A stretch of 64,000 nt of DNA from a virus (lineage: Duplodnaviria > Caudoviricetes): IMG/VR virus record IMGVR_UViG_2875555210_000001. One strand, written 5' to 3'. The position numbers were made by a program, and so were the translations under genes. Positions within the stretch are counted from its first letter, which is position 1. Every line of letters starts with the position of its first letter. The notes under the pieces are model-generated. The model saw only the letters and a program-made list of their open reading frames with translations, was not told where the DNA came from and did no database searches. Positions 1 through 10,034 of the stretch are shown piece by piece.

Positions 1-375
1 ATGAGCATCGAGTCACCCAGCTTCATCCAGGCGCTACAAGAGGCCATCCGGCGTGACACGTCCGTACCTGCGCTACGCGAGGCAGACGACGCCCTCCGGC
101 GATACCGGGAAGCGTTGAACGACTGGCAGCGCACTCCCGGCGTCTGGCGGCAGGCCGAATACATGCAGCACGAGCGCAAGTACGACCAGCTCGCCGCCGA
201 CCTCAACCGCCTAGAACTCAACTGGTCCTCTGCTTTGACCCGCCAAAAGCTTTACGTCCCGTTCTATCGGCGCGTATCGCCTACTCAGCTCATCGTCGGC
301 GGTATCGTCGCGGCTGTGGTGCTAACCCTGTTCGTCCTGTTCATTGTCCAGTTAGCGACTAATCCGCTCAGGTGA
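1..375 (+). CDS. membrane protein, hypothetical
   Basis: 124 aa ORF with C-terminal hydrophobic helix LIVGGIVAAVVLTLFVLFIV; start is at the window edge. Confidence 0.65.
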   Translation: MSIESPSFIQALQEAIRRDTSVPALREADDALRRYREALNDWQRTPGVWRQAEYMQHERKYDQLAADLNRLELNWSSALTRQKLYVPFYRRVSPTQLIVGGIVAAVVLTLFVLFIVQLATNPLR

Positions 376-451
376 AGTTGACGGATAATGATTAAGGTGC
401 TTACTGTGTACGCAGCACATACCCGAAACACGAAAATGAAGGGGTACCGAA

Positions 452-922
452 ATGGGTAAGCGGGTAACCGTCACACTGTTCGATGACTACGAGCCGGAGC
501 TGGAAGCCGAGGTCGAACGCGACTTCGGCGTCGGAGGAGTCAACTACCACCTGGACCTGTCCGAGAAGAACGCTAAGCAGTTCGACAAGGACATGGCGAA
601 GTGGCTGGAAGTGGCTTCACGCGTCGGCAAAGAAACCGGACGCAAGCGCTCTAGCAGCAAGAACACGTTCTCCGGCGGAGAACCCGGCCTGCCACTCGCC
701 GAAATCCGGCGGTTTGCACAGGCCAGCGGGATCGAGGTCTCTGACCGTGGCCGCGTGTCCGCAGAGGTTGTGCGGGCATGGAAAGCCGCAGGCTCGCCGG
801 TCGGCGAAGAAATCGACAAACTCGAGAAGGCCGCGCCAGCTAAGAAAGCCGCGCCAGCTAAGAAAGCTGCACCGGCACCGAAGAAAGACGACCCGCAGTT
901 TTCAGCCGCCGGGCAGGCTTAA
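452..922 (+). CDS. lsr2: Lsr2-like DNA-bridging protein
   Basis: Lsr2 dimerisation region (VTVTLFDD..FGVGGVNYHLDLSEKNA) and DNA-binding region (IRRFAQASGIEVSDRGRVSAEV); AKKAAP repeat tail; AAGGGG RBS. Confidence 0.9.
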   Translation: MGKRVTVTLFDDYEPELEAEVERDFGVGGVNYHLDLSEKNAKQFDKDMAKWLEVASRVGKETGRKRSSSKNTFSGGEPGLPLAEIRRFAQASGIEVSDRGRVSAEVVRAWKAAGSPVGEEIDKLEKAAPAKKAAPAKKAAPAPKKDDPQFSAAGQA

Positions 923-1008
923 CGGCAACACGGACCGCTGGCCCCGGCTTGGCCGCTCTCTTGGGAGGGGGAGCGCCAACCGGGGTTAGCTTTGTTTAAG
1001 GGGGGAAT

Positions 1009-1755
1009 ATGGCTGAGATAAGGCCATTGATCATTGGCGAGATTGGATCGTTTGCCCACGGCCTAAACCGTGAGGACTCCGACCATGACTACATCGGCAT
1101 CTACGCCGATCCGCCAGAAGCGCTAATCGGCCTTAAGCCGCAGGTCGGAGCTGTGCGTCGGCGCGACAAGCCCGAAGGCGTTAAGAGTGAGGCCGGGGAC
1201 TCCGAGACGCAGTTTTACGGTCTGCGTAAATATGTGAGCCTCGTTTGCCAGGGCAACCCTACGGTTATGACCCTGCTGTTCACCCCTAACCTGATCTTCC
1301 CTGACATGATCAGGCTGCAAGAGAACCGGCACCTATTCCTAAGCAAGCGGCTAGCTGCCCGGCACATGGGATACGCAGACTCAATGAGTGCCCGGCTAAC
1401 CGGCGAACGTGCGCCGCGCACCAACCGGCCCGAGCTAATCGAGGCACACGGCTACGACACTAAGGCCGCATTCCACGCGCTCCGTCTGCTCATGCAGGGC
1501 CACGAAATGCTGGTCCACCAGGAAATGCAGATGCCAATGATGGAGCTTAGGCGGGACTACCTGCTCAGCATCCGCAACGGCGAGGTCGCCCAGGAGCAAG
1601 TGCTAGACGACATCGCGGACTGGCGGGCCATGATCCAACGCGCTGAGCAGACGACTTCCTTGCCAGACGAACCTAACCGGGCCAAGATCGACCAATGGTT
1701 AATCGACACGCACGCGCAGTCGTGGGGCTTGCAGCCCTTGCGTTCAGCGTCCTAG
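1009..1755 (+). CDS. DNA pol-beta superfamily nucleotidyltransferase (RlaP/YcgL-like)
   Basis: GSFAHGLNREDSDHDYIG (GS-x-DxD) motif, GNPT motif, YDTKAAFHALRLL helix. Confidence 0.8.
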   Translation: MAEIRPLIIGEIGSFAHGLNREDSDHDYIGIYADPPEALIGLKPQVGAVRRRDKPEGVKSEAGDSETQFYGLRKYVSLVCQGNPTVMTLLFTPNLIFPDMIRLQENRHLFLSKRLAARHMGYADSMSARLTGERAPRTNRPELIEAHGYDTKAAFHALRLLMQGHEMLVHQEMQMPMMELRRDYLLSIRNGEVAQEQVLDDIADWRAMIQRAEQTTSLPDEPNRAKIDQWLIDTHAQSWGLQPLRSAS

Positions 1756-2036
1756 CCGCGCCGCAAGCCGCCGCCGCGCCGCAGGACGACTACGAGTTCT
1801 GCACCTACCTAACGGACCAGACGGGGCGCAACGTCAACTGCAACATGGCCGTGCCAATCGCTAAGTCACGTTGCGCCCAACTGTCGGACGGCGCAACGTG
1901 GCCCGACATCGTGGCCGACGACACCAACCTCCTAGGGGACAAGGCCCTCGCGGTCGGCATCCTTAGCGGCGCGGTCGCCTTCTACTGCCCCGAGCATGAG
2001 CCTGCTATTTACGCGACAGGAGTCCAAGTGTCATGA
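1695..2036 (+). CDS. secreted DUF732-like protein
   Basis: Signal peptide ending AAAA-P; Cys residues and the A..YCP motif. Confidence 0.65.
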   Translation: MVNRHARAVVGLAALAFSVLAAPQAAAAPQDDYEFCTYLTDQTGRNVNCNMAVPIAKSRCAQLSDGATWPDIVADDTNLLGDKALAVGILSGAVAFYCPEHEPAIYATGVQVS

Positions 2037-2296
2037 GTGAGTTCGCCGTCTGGCTGGCTATCGCCGTGGTGGTAGTCCTGGTGGTCAAAGTCCTGTGGCC
2101 GCTTCTGCTGGGCGTAACGCTCGTGTGGCTGGCTTACCTCACCGCGCGCAAGATCATCGCGCGGCAGGACGCTCAGGCGGCAGAACGGGCCAAGCAAGAC
2201 CAGGCGCTCATTGAGCGGGCCGACTGGCAACACGAACGGACCCTGGCCGGATTCGAGGACGGCACGTACGGCAAGTTCCCACCGGCCAAGCTCTAG
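2033..2296 (+). CDS. membrane protein
   Basis: Hydrophobic N-terminus; ATGA overlap with the upstream gene. Confidence 0.7.
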   Translation: MSEFAVWLAIAVVVVLVVKVLWPLLLGVTLVWLAYLTARKIIARQDAQAAERAKQDQALIERADWQHERTLAGFEDGTYGKFPPAKL

Positions 2297-2308
2297 AAAC
2301 ACAAAAAG

Positions 2309-2359
2309 ACGGGCACCCGCGCTCAACCCCAGGGGAAAGAGGGGAGCGCGAGTGCCCGA
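2309..2359. terminator. bidirectional hairpin between convergent operons
   Basis: GGGCACCCGCGCTC...GAGCGCGAGTGCCC stem, with an A-tract on the left. Confidence 0.65.
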
Positions 2360-2365
2360 GTCTAT

Positions 2366-2632
2366 TTAAGCCGCCAATGGCGTCTGTTCCTGCCGTAGTT
2401 CCTTAAGTCGCTTAATGTCGTCATGGCGGTAACCACTCCACGTCCACGTAGCGCCATCGCCACAATCCACAATCACGATTGGGAATGACGTGTGACCATC
2501 CGCCCTGAACTTCTCGATCTGTGCATCAGAAGCGACTACCGCCGTAAACGGAATAGCCTGCTTCTTAAAGGCCAGCTTCGTTGCCATGCAGCTTGTGCAA
2601 GCGGTCTCCGGTGAGTAAACCGTTACTTCCAA
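2366..2632 (-). CDS. NrdH-like glutaredoxin
   Basis: VTVYS..CTSC..TK and SFPIV...WSGYR, typical of NrdH-redoxins. Confidence 0.8.
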   Translation of the reverse strand: MEVTVYSPETACTSCMATKLAFKKQAIPFTAVVASDAQIEKFRADGHTSFPIVIVDCGDGATWTWSGYRHDDIKRLKELRQEQTPLAA

Positions 2633-3045
2633 ATGTCCAATTCCTTATCTAGTCCACGCTCGCGCATCCAGCGGTCGCGGAACTCAAGGAATGACACATG
2701 CGGTTCAAACACCCAACCAAGTGCCGCCGCCTTAAGCTCATGCCTGCGATGCCACTCCGTGTCAGCCAACACGTACGCGAAATAACACTGATCGCGGTAA
2801 AGCAGACGCGTAACCCGCTCATCCAGGTACGCAATCCGCTTCCGCATGTCGTCTGATTCAGCTTTGTTAATAGCGCGCTGAGCGCGGAGGAACCTACCCA
2901 CCGGCCCTAGCGCCCTACTAAACGACTCAAAGGTGCCCGCCAGGAAACGAACGATCATATAAACGCCGAACACTAAGCTGGCAATAACTGCAAGCTCAGG
3001 CCAGTTAGTGACCAGCACCCCAATCCACTCGCCCGTCTCCGGCAT
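2623..3045 (-). CDS. lysis-cassette membrane protein
   Basis: N-terminal TM helix followed by a coiled coil; lies downstream of the holin. Confidence 0.65.
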   Translation of the reverse strand: MPETGEWIGVLVTNWPELAVIASLVFGVYMIVRFLAGTFESFSRALGPVGRFLRAQRAINKAESDDMRKRIAYLDERVTRLLYRDQCYFAYVLADTEWHRRHELKAAALGWVFEPHVSFLEFRDRWMRERGLDKELDIWK

Positions 3046-3047
3046 CG

Positions 3048-3302
3048 CTATGACTTCTCAATAAAAGGTGGGTACTCGACAGGCGGGTCAATCACGTCCA
3101 GCCCATCAATTACCGCAGCCACATTGGGCTTAGCGAGGTAGACGCTCACACCCGTCAGGAAGGCCGTCACAGTCGCCACTACAGCCGCAACACCTACCGG
3201 TAGACCGGCCACAGGCAACGCCACTAGCAGTACCAACAGGGCAGCCGCGAACCCCGCAATTGACTTCCGAATCTCGCTTGGCTTGTGCCCGAGAATCTTC
3301 AT
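3048..3302 (-). CDS. holin
   Basis: 84 aa, two TM helices, inside the lysis cassette. Confidence 0.7.
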   Translation of the reverse strand: MKILGHKPSEIRKSIAGFAAALLVLLVALPVAGLPVGVAAVVATVTAFLTGVSVYLAKPNVAAVIDGLDVIDPPVEYPPFIEKS

Positions 3303-3769
3303 TACTCACCGTCCTTCACGTCCTTAGTGTCATCACCCTTAGGCCCCGGCTTAGGCGCATTCTTCGCCTGCGCGTTCTGCGCCCGTACAAGAGCCTTAAC
3401 GTCGGCATTCGACGCCATAAAGGCCGCTGGCTTTGGTGCCAGCTCCTTAAGCGCCTCCAACACCTGCGTTAGCCTGTCGCCACCGATATCCCGAACGTCC
3501 GCGTCCACATTGAAAGCCGCCAGAGGATGCAACCGCTGACCCGAAAGGGCCGACGTAACTGCACCCACCGTGTGAACCCACGAGTCCTTATTGACCGCGA
3601 CCTTCACAACGATCTTCTTTAGCTGGCCCCGGTCCGCTGCGTGCTTAGCCCACGCGTAGTTCCGGCGGAAATGCCGATCCACGCGGCCTCCGCGCACAGC
3701 AAGTAGCGCAACCTCGTCACCCTCAAACGTGTCGTCCAACACCGGCACTTGCTCGTCATAAATCAACAA
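3302..3769 (-). CDS. hypothetical protein
   Basis: TTG start after AAGGGG RBS, just downstream of the lysin B stop; in frame with the track ORF 3302..3979. Confidence 0.6.
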   Translation of the reverse strand: MLIYDEQVPVLDDTFEGDEVALLAVRGGRVDRHFRRNYAWAKHAADRGQLKKIVVKVAVNKDSWVHTVGAVTSALSGQRLHPLAAFNVDADVRDIGGDRLTQVLEALKELAPKPAAFMASNADVKALVRAQNAQAKNAPKPGPKGDDTKDVKDGE

Positions 3770-3773
3770 TGGA

Positions 3774-4745
3774 TTACCCCTTAATGCTTCGTAAATGATT
3801 GATTGCGTGCTGCAAATACGTGGTACCTGGCGTGGCCTGACGAATGTGATACTCCACATGCGCAGCCGTCCGCGTACCCGCGAACCTAAGCCCCAGCACG
3901 ATTGCCTTAACAAGAGCCGGAGTCTCCGCAGCCGGGTTAGCCAAAAGCTCCCAAATCTGCCACACCAGCTTCGGCGCACCCTTAAGCGGGTCCATCACCA
4001 CGGCATAGATTGAGGACATTTCCTCTCCCCCAGCGCCCGTAGGCGTGGCCGCGTAAATGTCGTCAGGGTCCGCGTACTCATTCCAGTTCGGCGGCGTCAC
4101 CTTAAGCTGTTCCGACGCGATACCGCGCCCGCCAGGATCGCGCCCACCAGGGAACGACACCCCGCCTTGCCGCATCGGGTTACCGATCATGGAGCCGCCC
4201 AGCAGATCGCCCTTACGGTGCGACAGGCTGCCGAACAGAATCTCAATCAGCACCAGCGAGCACACGATTGCGCCCTGGCTGTAACCACACAGCGCGAACT
4301 TCCGGCCCGGCCTCATCTTGTTAATCAGGTCGATAAGCTCACGCACGCCCACATCGACACTCGCCCCCATCGGGAACGCTGCCGCCGGATAGTTGACCGG
4401 CTGCCAGTAGTAGACGCCCGCCAGCGCGCGAGCAACATCCGCCGGGTAACCCGACCACATGTCCGCGAACGTCCCGCTAACCGTGAACAGAACTGGCAGC
4501 TCCTCGGCGGGTGGAGTCGCAATCAACCCCAGCGCCGCCAAGTCGCCATCGCTAACAATGCCGTCCTGTACCTGATTAGTGCGCCGCTCGTACTCCTGCT
4601 GAACGTCACGGTCCGGATAACCGAAATAGCCGTCGACCCTAAGCGGAGTTCCATCCTTCTCGCGCGAGTAGGACGAAAACCGCTTATTCATCGTCCGGAC
4701 CCACTGATTAACTAGCTCGCCCTGCGAGCCAACCTGTAGCGGCAT
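3774..4745 (-). CDS. lysB: lysin B (cutinase-like mycolylarabinogalactan esterase)
   Basis: GYSQG nucleophile motif, GNPMR, N-terminal PG-binding-like domain. Confidence 0.9.
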   Translation of the reverse strand: MPLQVGSQGELVNQWVRTMNKRFSSYSREKDGTPLRVDGYFGYPDRDVQQEYERRTNQVQDGIVSDGDLAALGLIATPPAEELPVLFTVSGTFADMWSGYPADVARALAGVYYWQPVNYPAAAFPMGASVDVGVRELIDLINKMRPGRKFALCGYSQGAIVCSLVLIEILFGSLSHRKGDLLGGSMIGNPMRQGGVSFPGGRDPGGRGIASEQLKVTPPNWNEYADPDDIYAATPTGAGGEEMSSIYAVVMDPLKGAPKLVWQIWELLANPAAETPALVKAIVLGLRFAGTRTAAHVEYHIRQATPGTTYLQHAINHLRSIKG

Positions 4746-5707
4746 TAGGCCGCCTCTAGACGCTTCTTAACCTCGGCAATAGCATCGACCAGTGAAAGGT
4801 TCTCGCCCTTAGCGTTCTTCCCTAGCTGTGCCCAGCCCTTGCCATCCGGACCGCGCAACTGCTCCCAGATATCGTTAATGACCTGACGGTCAGTCCAATC
4901 CTCTGGCAGATTCGCCACCTTTACCTCACTCTCAGTCTTAAGGCCGTACTTAAAGCCGTGCTTCACCATCGCGTTCAGCGTGATAGGCCCGACAATGCCG
5001 TCAGCCAGAACACCAACCCGCTTCTGAAACTCGACAACCACAGCCTTAGTCGCCGGTCCGAAATCGCCGTCGACCTCAAGCCGGGAATAGCTCTTAAAGT
5101 TGTCGTTAAAGAACTGCTGCAAACGCGTCACCCGGTCGCCCGAGTCGCCCTCTTCCGCGTAAATGTCATCCACGCCCGCCGGAGGATCAATAACCCCGCC
5201 GCCGCCAGACCAGATACCGAGATATCCGTTCTGCAACTTGGTAGCGAAAGCCGCGTTCCGCGCGTCACCCTCGCCGTAGTTAAGCTGGAAGTGCATCGGG
5301 TCCTTAGGTGAGTTCCAGTCCTGGCCCCACCAGATCGTCCCCTCAAACAGCTTTAGGCCCTCACGGACCTTGTTAATCTCTGCCTGAGTGAACCCCGAGT
5401 ACGACACCCGAAAGGCGTGGTCCGACCAGTTAAGGTCAACAGCCGTACCTGACAGGTGGTTAGAGTTCGCCACGTCATTAGTCGGCGTCCACGCGCCCTC
5501 ATCACTGAAACCGCGAGCGTTATTCAACGACTCAACATTGCGGTGAAACCACGCCACCCAAGCCTTAAGGATCAGGTTCGCAATACCCTTCCGGATAGGC
5601 AGCACCAGCGAAGTGCCCGGCACCGCCCCCCGGTCAAGCTCGTTGGCGTCACACATGCGCCAACCGTTCTCCGAATACCAGTTTCCATACCTGCTAACAA
5701 AAGCCAT
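4745..5707 (-). CDS. lysA: lysin A (M15 peptidase plus peptidoglycan-binding domain)
   Basis: SENGW, SNHLSGTAVDLN and DPMHFQ (M15); DGDFGPAT..DGIVGP (PG-binding). Confidence 0.9.
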   Translation of the reverse strand: MAFVSRYGNWYSENGWRMCDANELDRGAVPGTSLVLPIRKGIANLILKAWVAWFHRNVESLNNARGFSDEGAWTPTNDVANSNHLSGTAVDLNWSDHAFRVSYSGFTQAEINKVREGLKLFEGTIWWGQDWNSPKDPMHFQLNYGEGDARNAAFATKLQNGYLGIWSGGGGVIDPPAGVDDIYAEEGDSGDRVTRLQQFFNDNFKSYSRLEVDGDFGPATKAVVVEFQKRVGVLADGIVGPITLNAMVKHGFKYGLKTESEVKVANLPEDWTDRQVINDIWEQLRGPDGKGWAQLGKNAKGENLSLVDAIAEVKKRLEAA

Positions 5708-5710
5708 CTG

Positions 5711-6652
5711 CTAAATACCGTCCTTAGCCCACCAGTCGTAGAAACACGCGCCACGAGCAGCCAGAGACGAAATCCAAGAGAACCCCGTATAGCGGAAGCC
5801 ATCACCAATAGGCAGAGACTCGCTCTCATCGGTCCACGTCAAAACCGGCGTAGTCCCGTTATTCCGGAACGCCGTAATCTGCCGTGCAGCGTGATTGAAC
5901 TTGATCAGCGCGTTATTGCCGTTGTCCGAGTTCGCGTTAACACTGGCCTTAACCTCGTAGTCGTCGCCCTGAGGCGAATGCCCAACCACGATGTGCCACT
6001 TATTGTTAGAAATGCCCGTCTCGAACTGGACCCCAAGCCATGAAGTCATGTTGTAGTCAGACGCCAGAACGACCGTCGACTTACCCGCACCCGCGTTAAC
6101 GATGTTTACGTTTACGGTCACCGAATCCAAGTTCAGCGGCGCAAACCACAACACCGACGCCCGGTCAAAGAAAATGAAGTCCGGACCGATAGCGCGCTTA
6201 GGATGCAGCGAAATCCAGTCGTCGTAGATCGCAGCCTTGCCGCCAACCTTGCGCCACCGAGGCCCAAGGATCGTCCGCTGCATATCGTCCGCGTAAAGCA
6301 GCGCCGTATCCGAAACGTCAGTCGCAGGCGCATCCGGAAACCGGACCTCCCGCCGCGTGACCGTCCCATAACGAACCATCACCGGCACACCGGTCTCATC
6401 CGGCGTTACGAACAGCTCAAACCCCGCACCATGCGGAATGAACTCAATCTCAGTCGGCTCAGCCTCAAACAGCAGCAACTCCGGCTTAACCGACCCCTCA
6501 AGGGTTGCGATTACCGCGCCAGTCGACTCGTAGAAAACCACGTAAGCGGTGCCCGACTCCGGCCAGTAATCGCCCGGCTTACCGCGCAATTCGTACTTAA
6601 ATCCCGACCCCCGCGACATGGGGATCGTGCTCAATACAGCTTCGTGCTTCAC
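5711..6652 (-). CDS. minor tail protein
   Basis: 313 aa at the end of the tail module; beta-rich C-terminal domain. Confidence 0.65.
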   Translation of the reverse strand: MKHEAVLSTIPMSRGSGFKYELRGKPGDYWPESGTAYVVFYESTGAVIATLEGSVKPELLLFEAEPTEIEFIPHGAGFELFVTPDETGVPVMVRYGTVTRREVRFPDAPATDVSDTALLYADDMQRTILGPRWRKVGGKAAIYDDWISLHPKRAIGPDFIFFDRASVLWFAPLNLDSVTVNVNIVNAGAGKSTVVLASDYNMTSWLGVQFETGISNNKWHIVVGHSPQGDDYEVKASVNANSDNGNNALIKFNHAARQITAFRNNGTTPVLTWTDESESLPIGDGFRYTGFSWISSLAARGACFYDWWAKDGI

Positions 6653-6802
6653 CTAGAGCACCCGCCCTAGGTGAAACCGCACGAAAGCCTCGGAAGCCGC
6701 CAGCCAATTCCAAAGCCAATGCTTGAAAGTGGGATGGTCAACACTGCGGTCGCCGCAGGCAACGCAGCGAACCTCCGGCTCCCCCGCGTGATCCATAATC
6801 AT
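6653..6802 (-). CDS. small hypothetical protein (49 aa)
   Basis: MIMDHAGEPEVRCVACGD...; GAGGGG RBS; fills the gap exactly; not in the ORF track. Confidence 0.55.
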   Translation of the reverse strand: MIMDHAGEPEVRCVACGDRSVDHPTFKHWLWNWLAASEAFVRFHLGRVL

Positions 6803-6833
6803 TGGACCCCCTCTATTTAGTTGTTAAGCGGCC

Positions 6834-9122
6834 TTAGCGCACCGCCACCGCCTTAGGTACCGGCGCGACCTGAACCCACCTATCGGCAGGGGCCACCAGC
6901 ACGGACCTATCCGAATCGCCAACCACAACCACGCGCTCAACCTCAGGCACACCAACAATGCGGTACTCGCCCCCAGCGCTAATCAGGCGCAGCTCGCCCT
7001 TAACCTCCACTAAGCGCGGATTCTCAGGCACAACCGCGTGCCGATCATGGAAAGGCACCACCACAATTTCGCGGACTGAGCCGAAGTAAACCGACGCGTT
7101 AGCGACCAGCTCCAAAATGGCATCAATGCCGAAGCTCGCGGACAGCTCGCCGTCCGTGACAGCACTAAGCGACAGGTTCGCGTCCACATACTGCGTCCGC
7201 TGCATCGCCGCCGTAGTCGTCACAACCACAGCCAGCCCCGAGCCAGCGACCGGCCCCGACGAAGCGTCTGCCGTGCCGATTACCGCCACAGCCAAGTCCG
7301 CATCCGTAAGAGCGTCCCGCTCCGCGACCGCGACGAACGTTGCGTTAACCACCAGGTTCGCCCGCACCGCGCCCTCGTAAAGCATCGCCGCCGTAGGCGA
7401 CACGATGACCTCAAGATCAGCGCCCACGTCCTGGCCCTGCGACATTTCGCCCGAAGGCGTAACCCCGACCGCTAGCGACCCGCCAATCCCCTGCAACTGG
7501 GAAAGTTCCGCCCACATGTCAGCGACCACCGGCAACTCCGCGTCGGCCACACTGAACTCCGTAACGTCAGCCCAGGTGTCCGCAGTGAGGGACAGCACCG
7601 CAATTCCGTTCAGGGTTTTCATGCCCGAAGCCGTGAAAGCCACGTCTAGGAACAAATCGGCGTTAGTCACCGCGTCATACCGGGCCACGTCATCTGGGAC
7701 GGCAGAGAGGCTAAGAGACGCCTCTATGGCTTGCCCATGCGAAACCACCGACACCGGAGCTGCGCTGATATCCAACGACGCCTGAGCAACAGCAAGCAGC
7801 GTTGCAGCCGCCTCCGTAGAAACCACCAACGCAAGCGAAGCCTGGCCGTCATAGTCGACACCGACGCGATACGCGTAGAAGAACACCCGACCGGCCCCGC
7901 CAGGGCCACCAGGCGAACCAGTGCCGAACAGGACACCGCCGCCACCCTCGCCACCGCCGCCGGGAGCATTACCCGTCGTACCGGTGCCGCTTGGGTTGCT
8001 CGATGTGCCAGCCTGCGCACCACCCGTATACGTCTGCCCGTTAAAGACCCGGTTACCCGGCGACTTGCCATACGTTGTGCTGCCACCGGCAGGGTTAGTG
8101 CCCGAACCGCCCGACCCTCCGGCAGCGGAAACGCTTAGCCCAGAAGCTACGGCGGTCGACGCATTGCCACCACCACCGGAGCCGTTACCTGAACCGCCAG
8201 CCGTACCGCCAGTACCGACAACACCCGTAATCTGCGTGACACCCGACGGGATATCAACACCGCGCTTAACCGTCAACGACTGCCACGTACCGGCGCTACC
8301 GCCCTGGCCATCGCCGTTACCAACGTTAGCGCCGCCAGCACCACCGCCACCGCCACCAATCGCAATGACATCGACATGGGTAGCCCACGACGGAATGTCA
8401 TACGTATAAGCGCCCGTAGTCGAGAACGTCGCTAACTCGCCAGGGTTCTCCGGCTCGCCGCCCTCCGCAGGCAATAGGCGAACCGCAGCCGCCGCATACT
8501 GGTCACCCGAAGTGGTACGCGTCCCACTGAACGCAACCAACGACGCACCCGGCGCATCGCCGAAAACTCCGTAAGCACCGCCGCCAGAATCAGTAGCGTT
8601 AACAATCTGCCGCTGCGTGCCACCGCCGGTAGCCGACCAACTGGTAACCGTGCCCAAGAGAGTCACGAAAGCCTGAGCGACAACCTCACCCACCGCTGCC
8701 GAGACCGTCATTCCCAGCCCGGCCCCCGAGCCAGTCCCGTAAGTCGCAGTCGCGGCCCCGAAGCTCGCCACCCCGGTATACGACATAGCCGCCGCTCGCA
8801 GCGACCACGTGATATTTGTCTTAGAGAACGCGACAGTCTGCACGCCAGTAGGCGGGTTAAGCATCCCGAAGAACGCCACGCCGCCGAAAGTGCCTGCGTT
8901 AGTACCGATATGGCCCAACAGCGTCATAGCCGAACCGCCGTAGGTACAGGTCAAGCCCTCTGAGTCGCCATTGCCCCAAGGCTGTTCATTGCTTGGCCCG
9001 CACCCGCCGACGACCATAACGATTACAGCCCGGTTAGAGCCGTTAGCCGTATGCGTAACAGAAGCGGTCCGCCCAGAAGTGGCGATGTTCCCAACAGTGG
9101 CCGCGTTGAACGCGATAGCCAT
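6834..9122 (-). CDS. minor tail protein with glycine-rich domain
   Basis: 762 aa; GGGGGGAGG glycine-rich region; tail module position. Confidence 0.8.
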   Translation of the reverse strand: MAIAFNAATVGNIATSGRTASVTHTANGSNRAVIVMVVGGCGPSNEQPWGNGDSEGLTCTYGGSAMTLLGHIGTNAGTFGGVAFFGMLNPPTGVQTVAFSKTNITWSLRAAAMSYTGVASFGAATATYGTGSGAGLGMTVSAAVGEVVAQAFVTLLGTVTSWSATGGGTQRQIVNATDSGGGAYGVFGDAPGASLVAFSGTRTTSGDQYAAAAVRLLPAEGGEPENPGELATFSTTGAYTYDIPSWATHVDVIAIGGGGGGAGGANVGNGDGQGGSAGTWQSLTVKRGVDIPSGVTQITGVVGTGGTAGGSGNGSGGGGNASTAVASGLSVSAAGGSGGSGTNPAGGSTTYGKSPGNRVFNGQTYTGGAQAGTSSNPSGTGTTGNAPGGGGEGGGGVLFGTGSPGGPGGAGRVFFYAYRVGVDYDGQASLALVVSTEAAATLLAVAQASLDISAAPVSVVSHGQAIEASLSLSAVPDDVARYDAVTNADLFLDVAFTASGMKTLNGIAVLSLTADTWADVTEFSVADAELPVVADMWAELSQLQGIGGSLAVGVTPSGEMSQGQDVGADLEVIVSPTAAMLYEGAVRANLVVNATFVAVAERDALTDADLAVAVIGTADASSGPVAGSGLAVVVTTTAAMQRTQYVDANLSLSAVTDGELSASFGIDAILELVANASVYFGSVREIVVVPFHDRHAVVPENPRLVEVKGELRLISAGGEYRIVGVPEVERVVVVGDSDRSVLVAPADRWVQVAPVPKAVAVR

Positions 9123-9509
9123 TTAAGCCGCCAAAGCGCCCAGCGACAGCCCGCACGTAGTAAGCGTCAACGTGTCGCCCGACTGCACGTTCTTAGACGC
9201 AGCCAGCACCGCAGACCACAGAAAGTTCCCACCAGTCGACGCGTCCCACACGCTGATATGCGTAATCGTCTCCGTGGCCGTCATCGTCCACGATGGGTTA
9301 GTGCCCGTAAGCGCGATAGCGCCAGAAGCCGGAGCCGCGAAAGTCGCAAGCGCCCGCGTCGTTACCGCCGAAAGGTTAGCCGTTCCAGCCCCGCCAGGAT
9401 CGCCCTTATGTAGCTGAATATAAATGCCAGTAGGCGCAGTGAAAGCCGTACCCCGCAGGATGCCAAGCCACTTATTCGCCAGGTTGACCGTGTGAATCCC
9501 GACCGTCAT
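9123..9509 (-). CDS. minor tail protein
   Basis: YIQLHKGDPG..ITHISVWDASTGGNFL, a common actinophage tail fibre-type domain. Confidence 0.75.
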   Translation of the reverse strand: MTVGIHTVNLANKWLGILRGTAFTAPTGIYIQLHKGDPGGAGTANLSAVTTRALATFAAPASGAIALTGTNPSWTMTATETITHISVWDASTGGNFLWSAVLAASKNVQSGDTLTLTTCGLSLGALAA

Positions 9510-9593
9510 TACCGTCCTCCATATTTAGTTGTGTATTAGCCGGAGTGACCTCCGCAGTGGCATAAGCCACCAGAGTGAAAACCGGGTTCGTCA

Positions 9594-9869
9594 CTACTTC
9601 TCCTTAATCTCAATCGTGATCGACCGGTCACCCTCGCGCCCGCCATTAGTAACCACATGCACGCTAATGTCGTAACGCTGGCCCGCAGCGCCACCAGAAA
9701 CCCAAATGGTCGTAGAACTAACCGTGAAAGACGTGGAATCAACCGTGATCCCAGAAGCCGGAGTAGCCGCAACTTCGGTGATCGTGTCACCCTCAGCCAG
9801 CCACTCCGACCAATCAATCGTGTAGTCCAAAACCTCATCTGGGTCTTGCGTGAACTTCTTAAGCGACAC
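9594..9869 (-). CDS. minor tail / fibre adaptor protein
   Basis: DPDEVLDYTIDWSEWL..GDTI motif. Confidence 0.7.
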   Translation of the reverse strand: MSLKKFTQDPDEVLDYTIDWSEWLAEGDTITEVAATPASGITVDSTSFTVSSTTIWVSGGAAGQRYDISVHVVTNGGREGDRSITIEIKEK

Positions 9870-10029
9870 TTAGCCCCCCTTTCTCAGCCCTCGCGCGCTT
9901 AAGGGTGGCTTCGGCAATCTGCTGACGAACCTCTGCACTCGCGGAAAGAATCGGTTCCTTAATGGACGGCTTCTGCGGCACATCATCGGGAACCGCCTCC
10001 GTGCCCTTATCCGGCACGTAAACACCCAT
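9859..10029 (-). CDS. small hypothetical protein
   Basis: ATG at 10029; fills the gap in the tail operon. Confidence 0.5.
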   Translation of the reverse strand: MGVYVPDKGTEAVPDDVPQKPSIKEPILSASAEVRQQIAEATLKRARAEKGGLSVA

Positions 10030-10034
10030 CTTGC

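Noticed and set aside
3770-3979. N-terminal extension of ORF 3302..3979
   Set aside because: It overlaps lysin B by about 200 nt; a better TTG start with an RBS lies at 3769.
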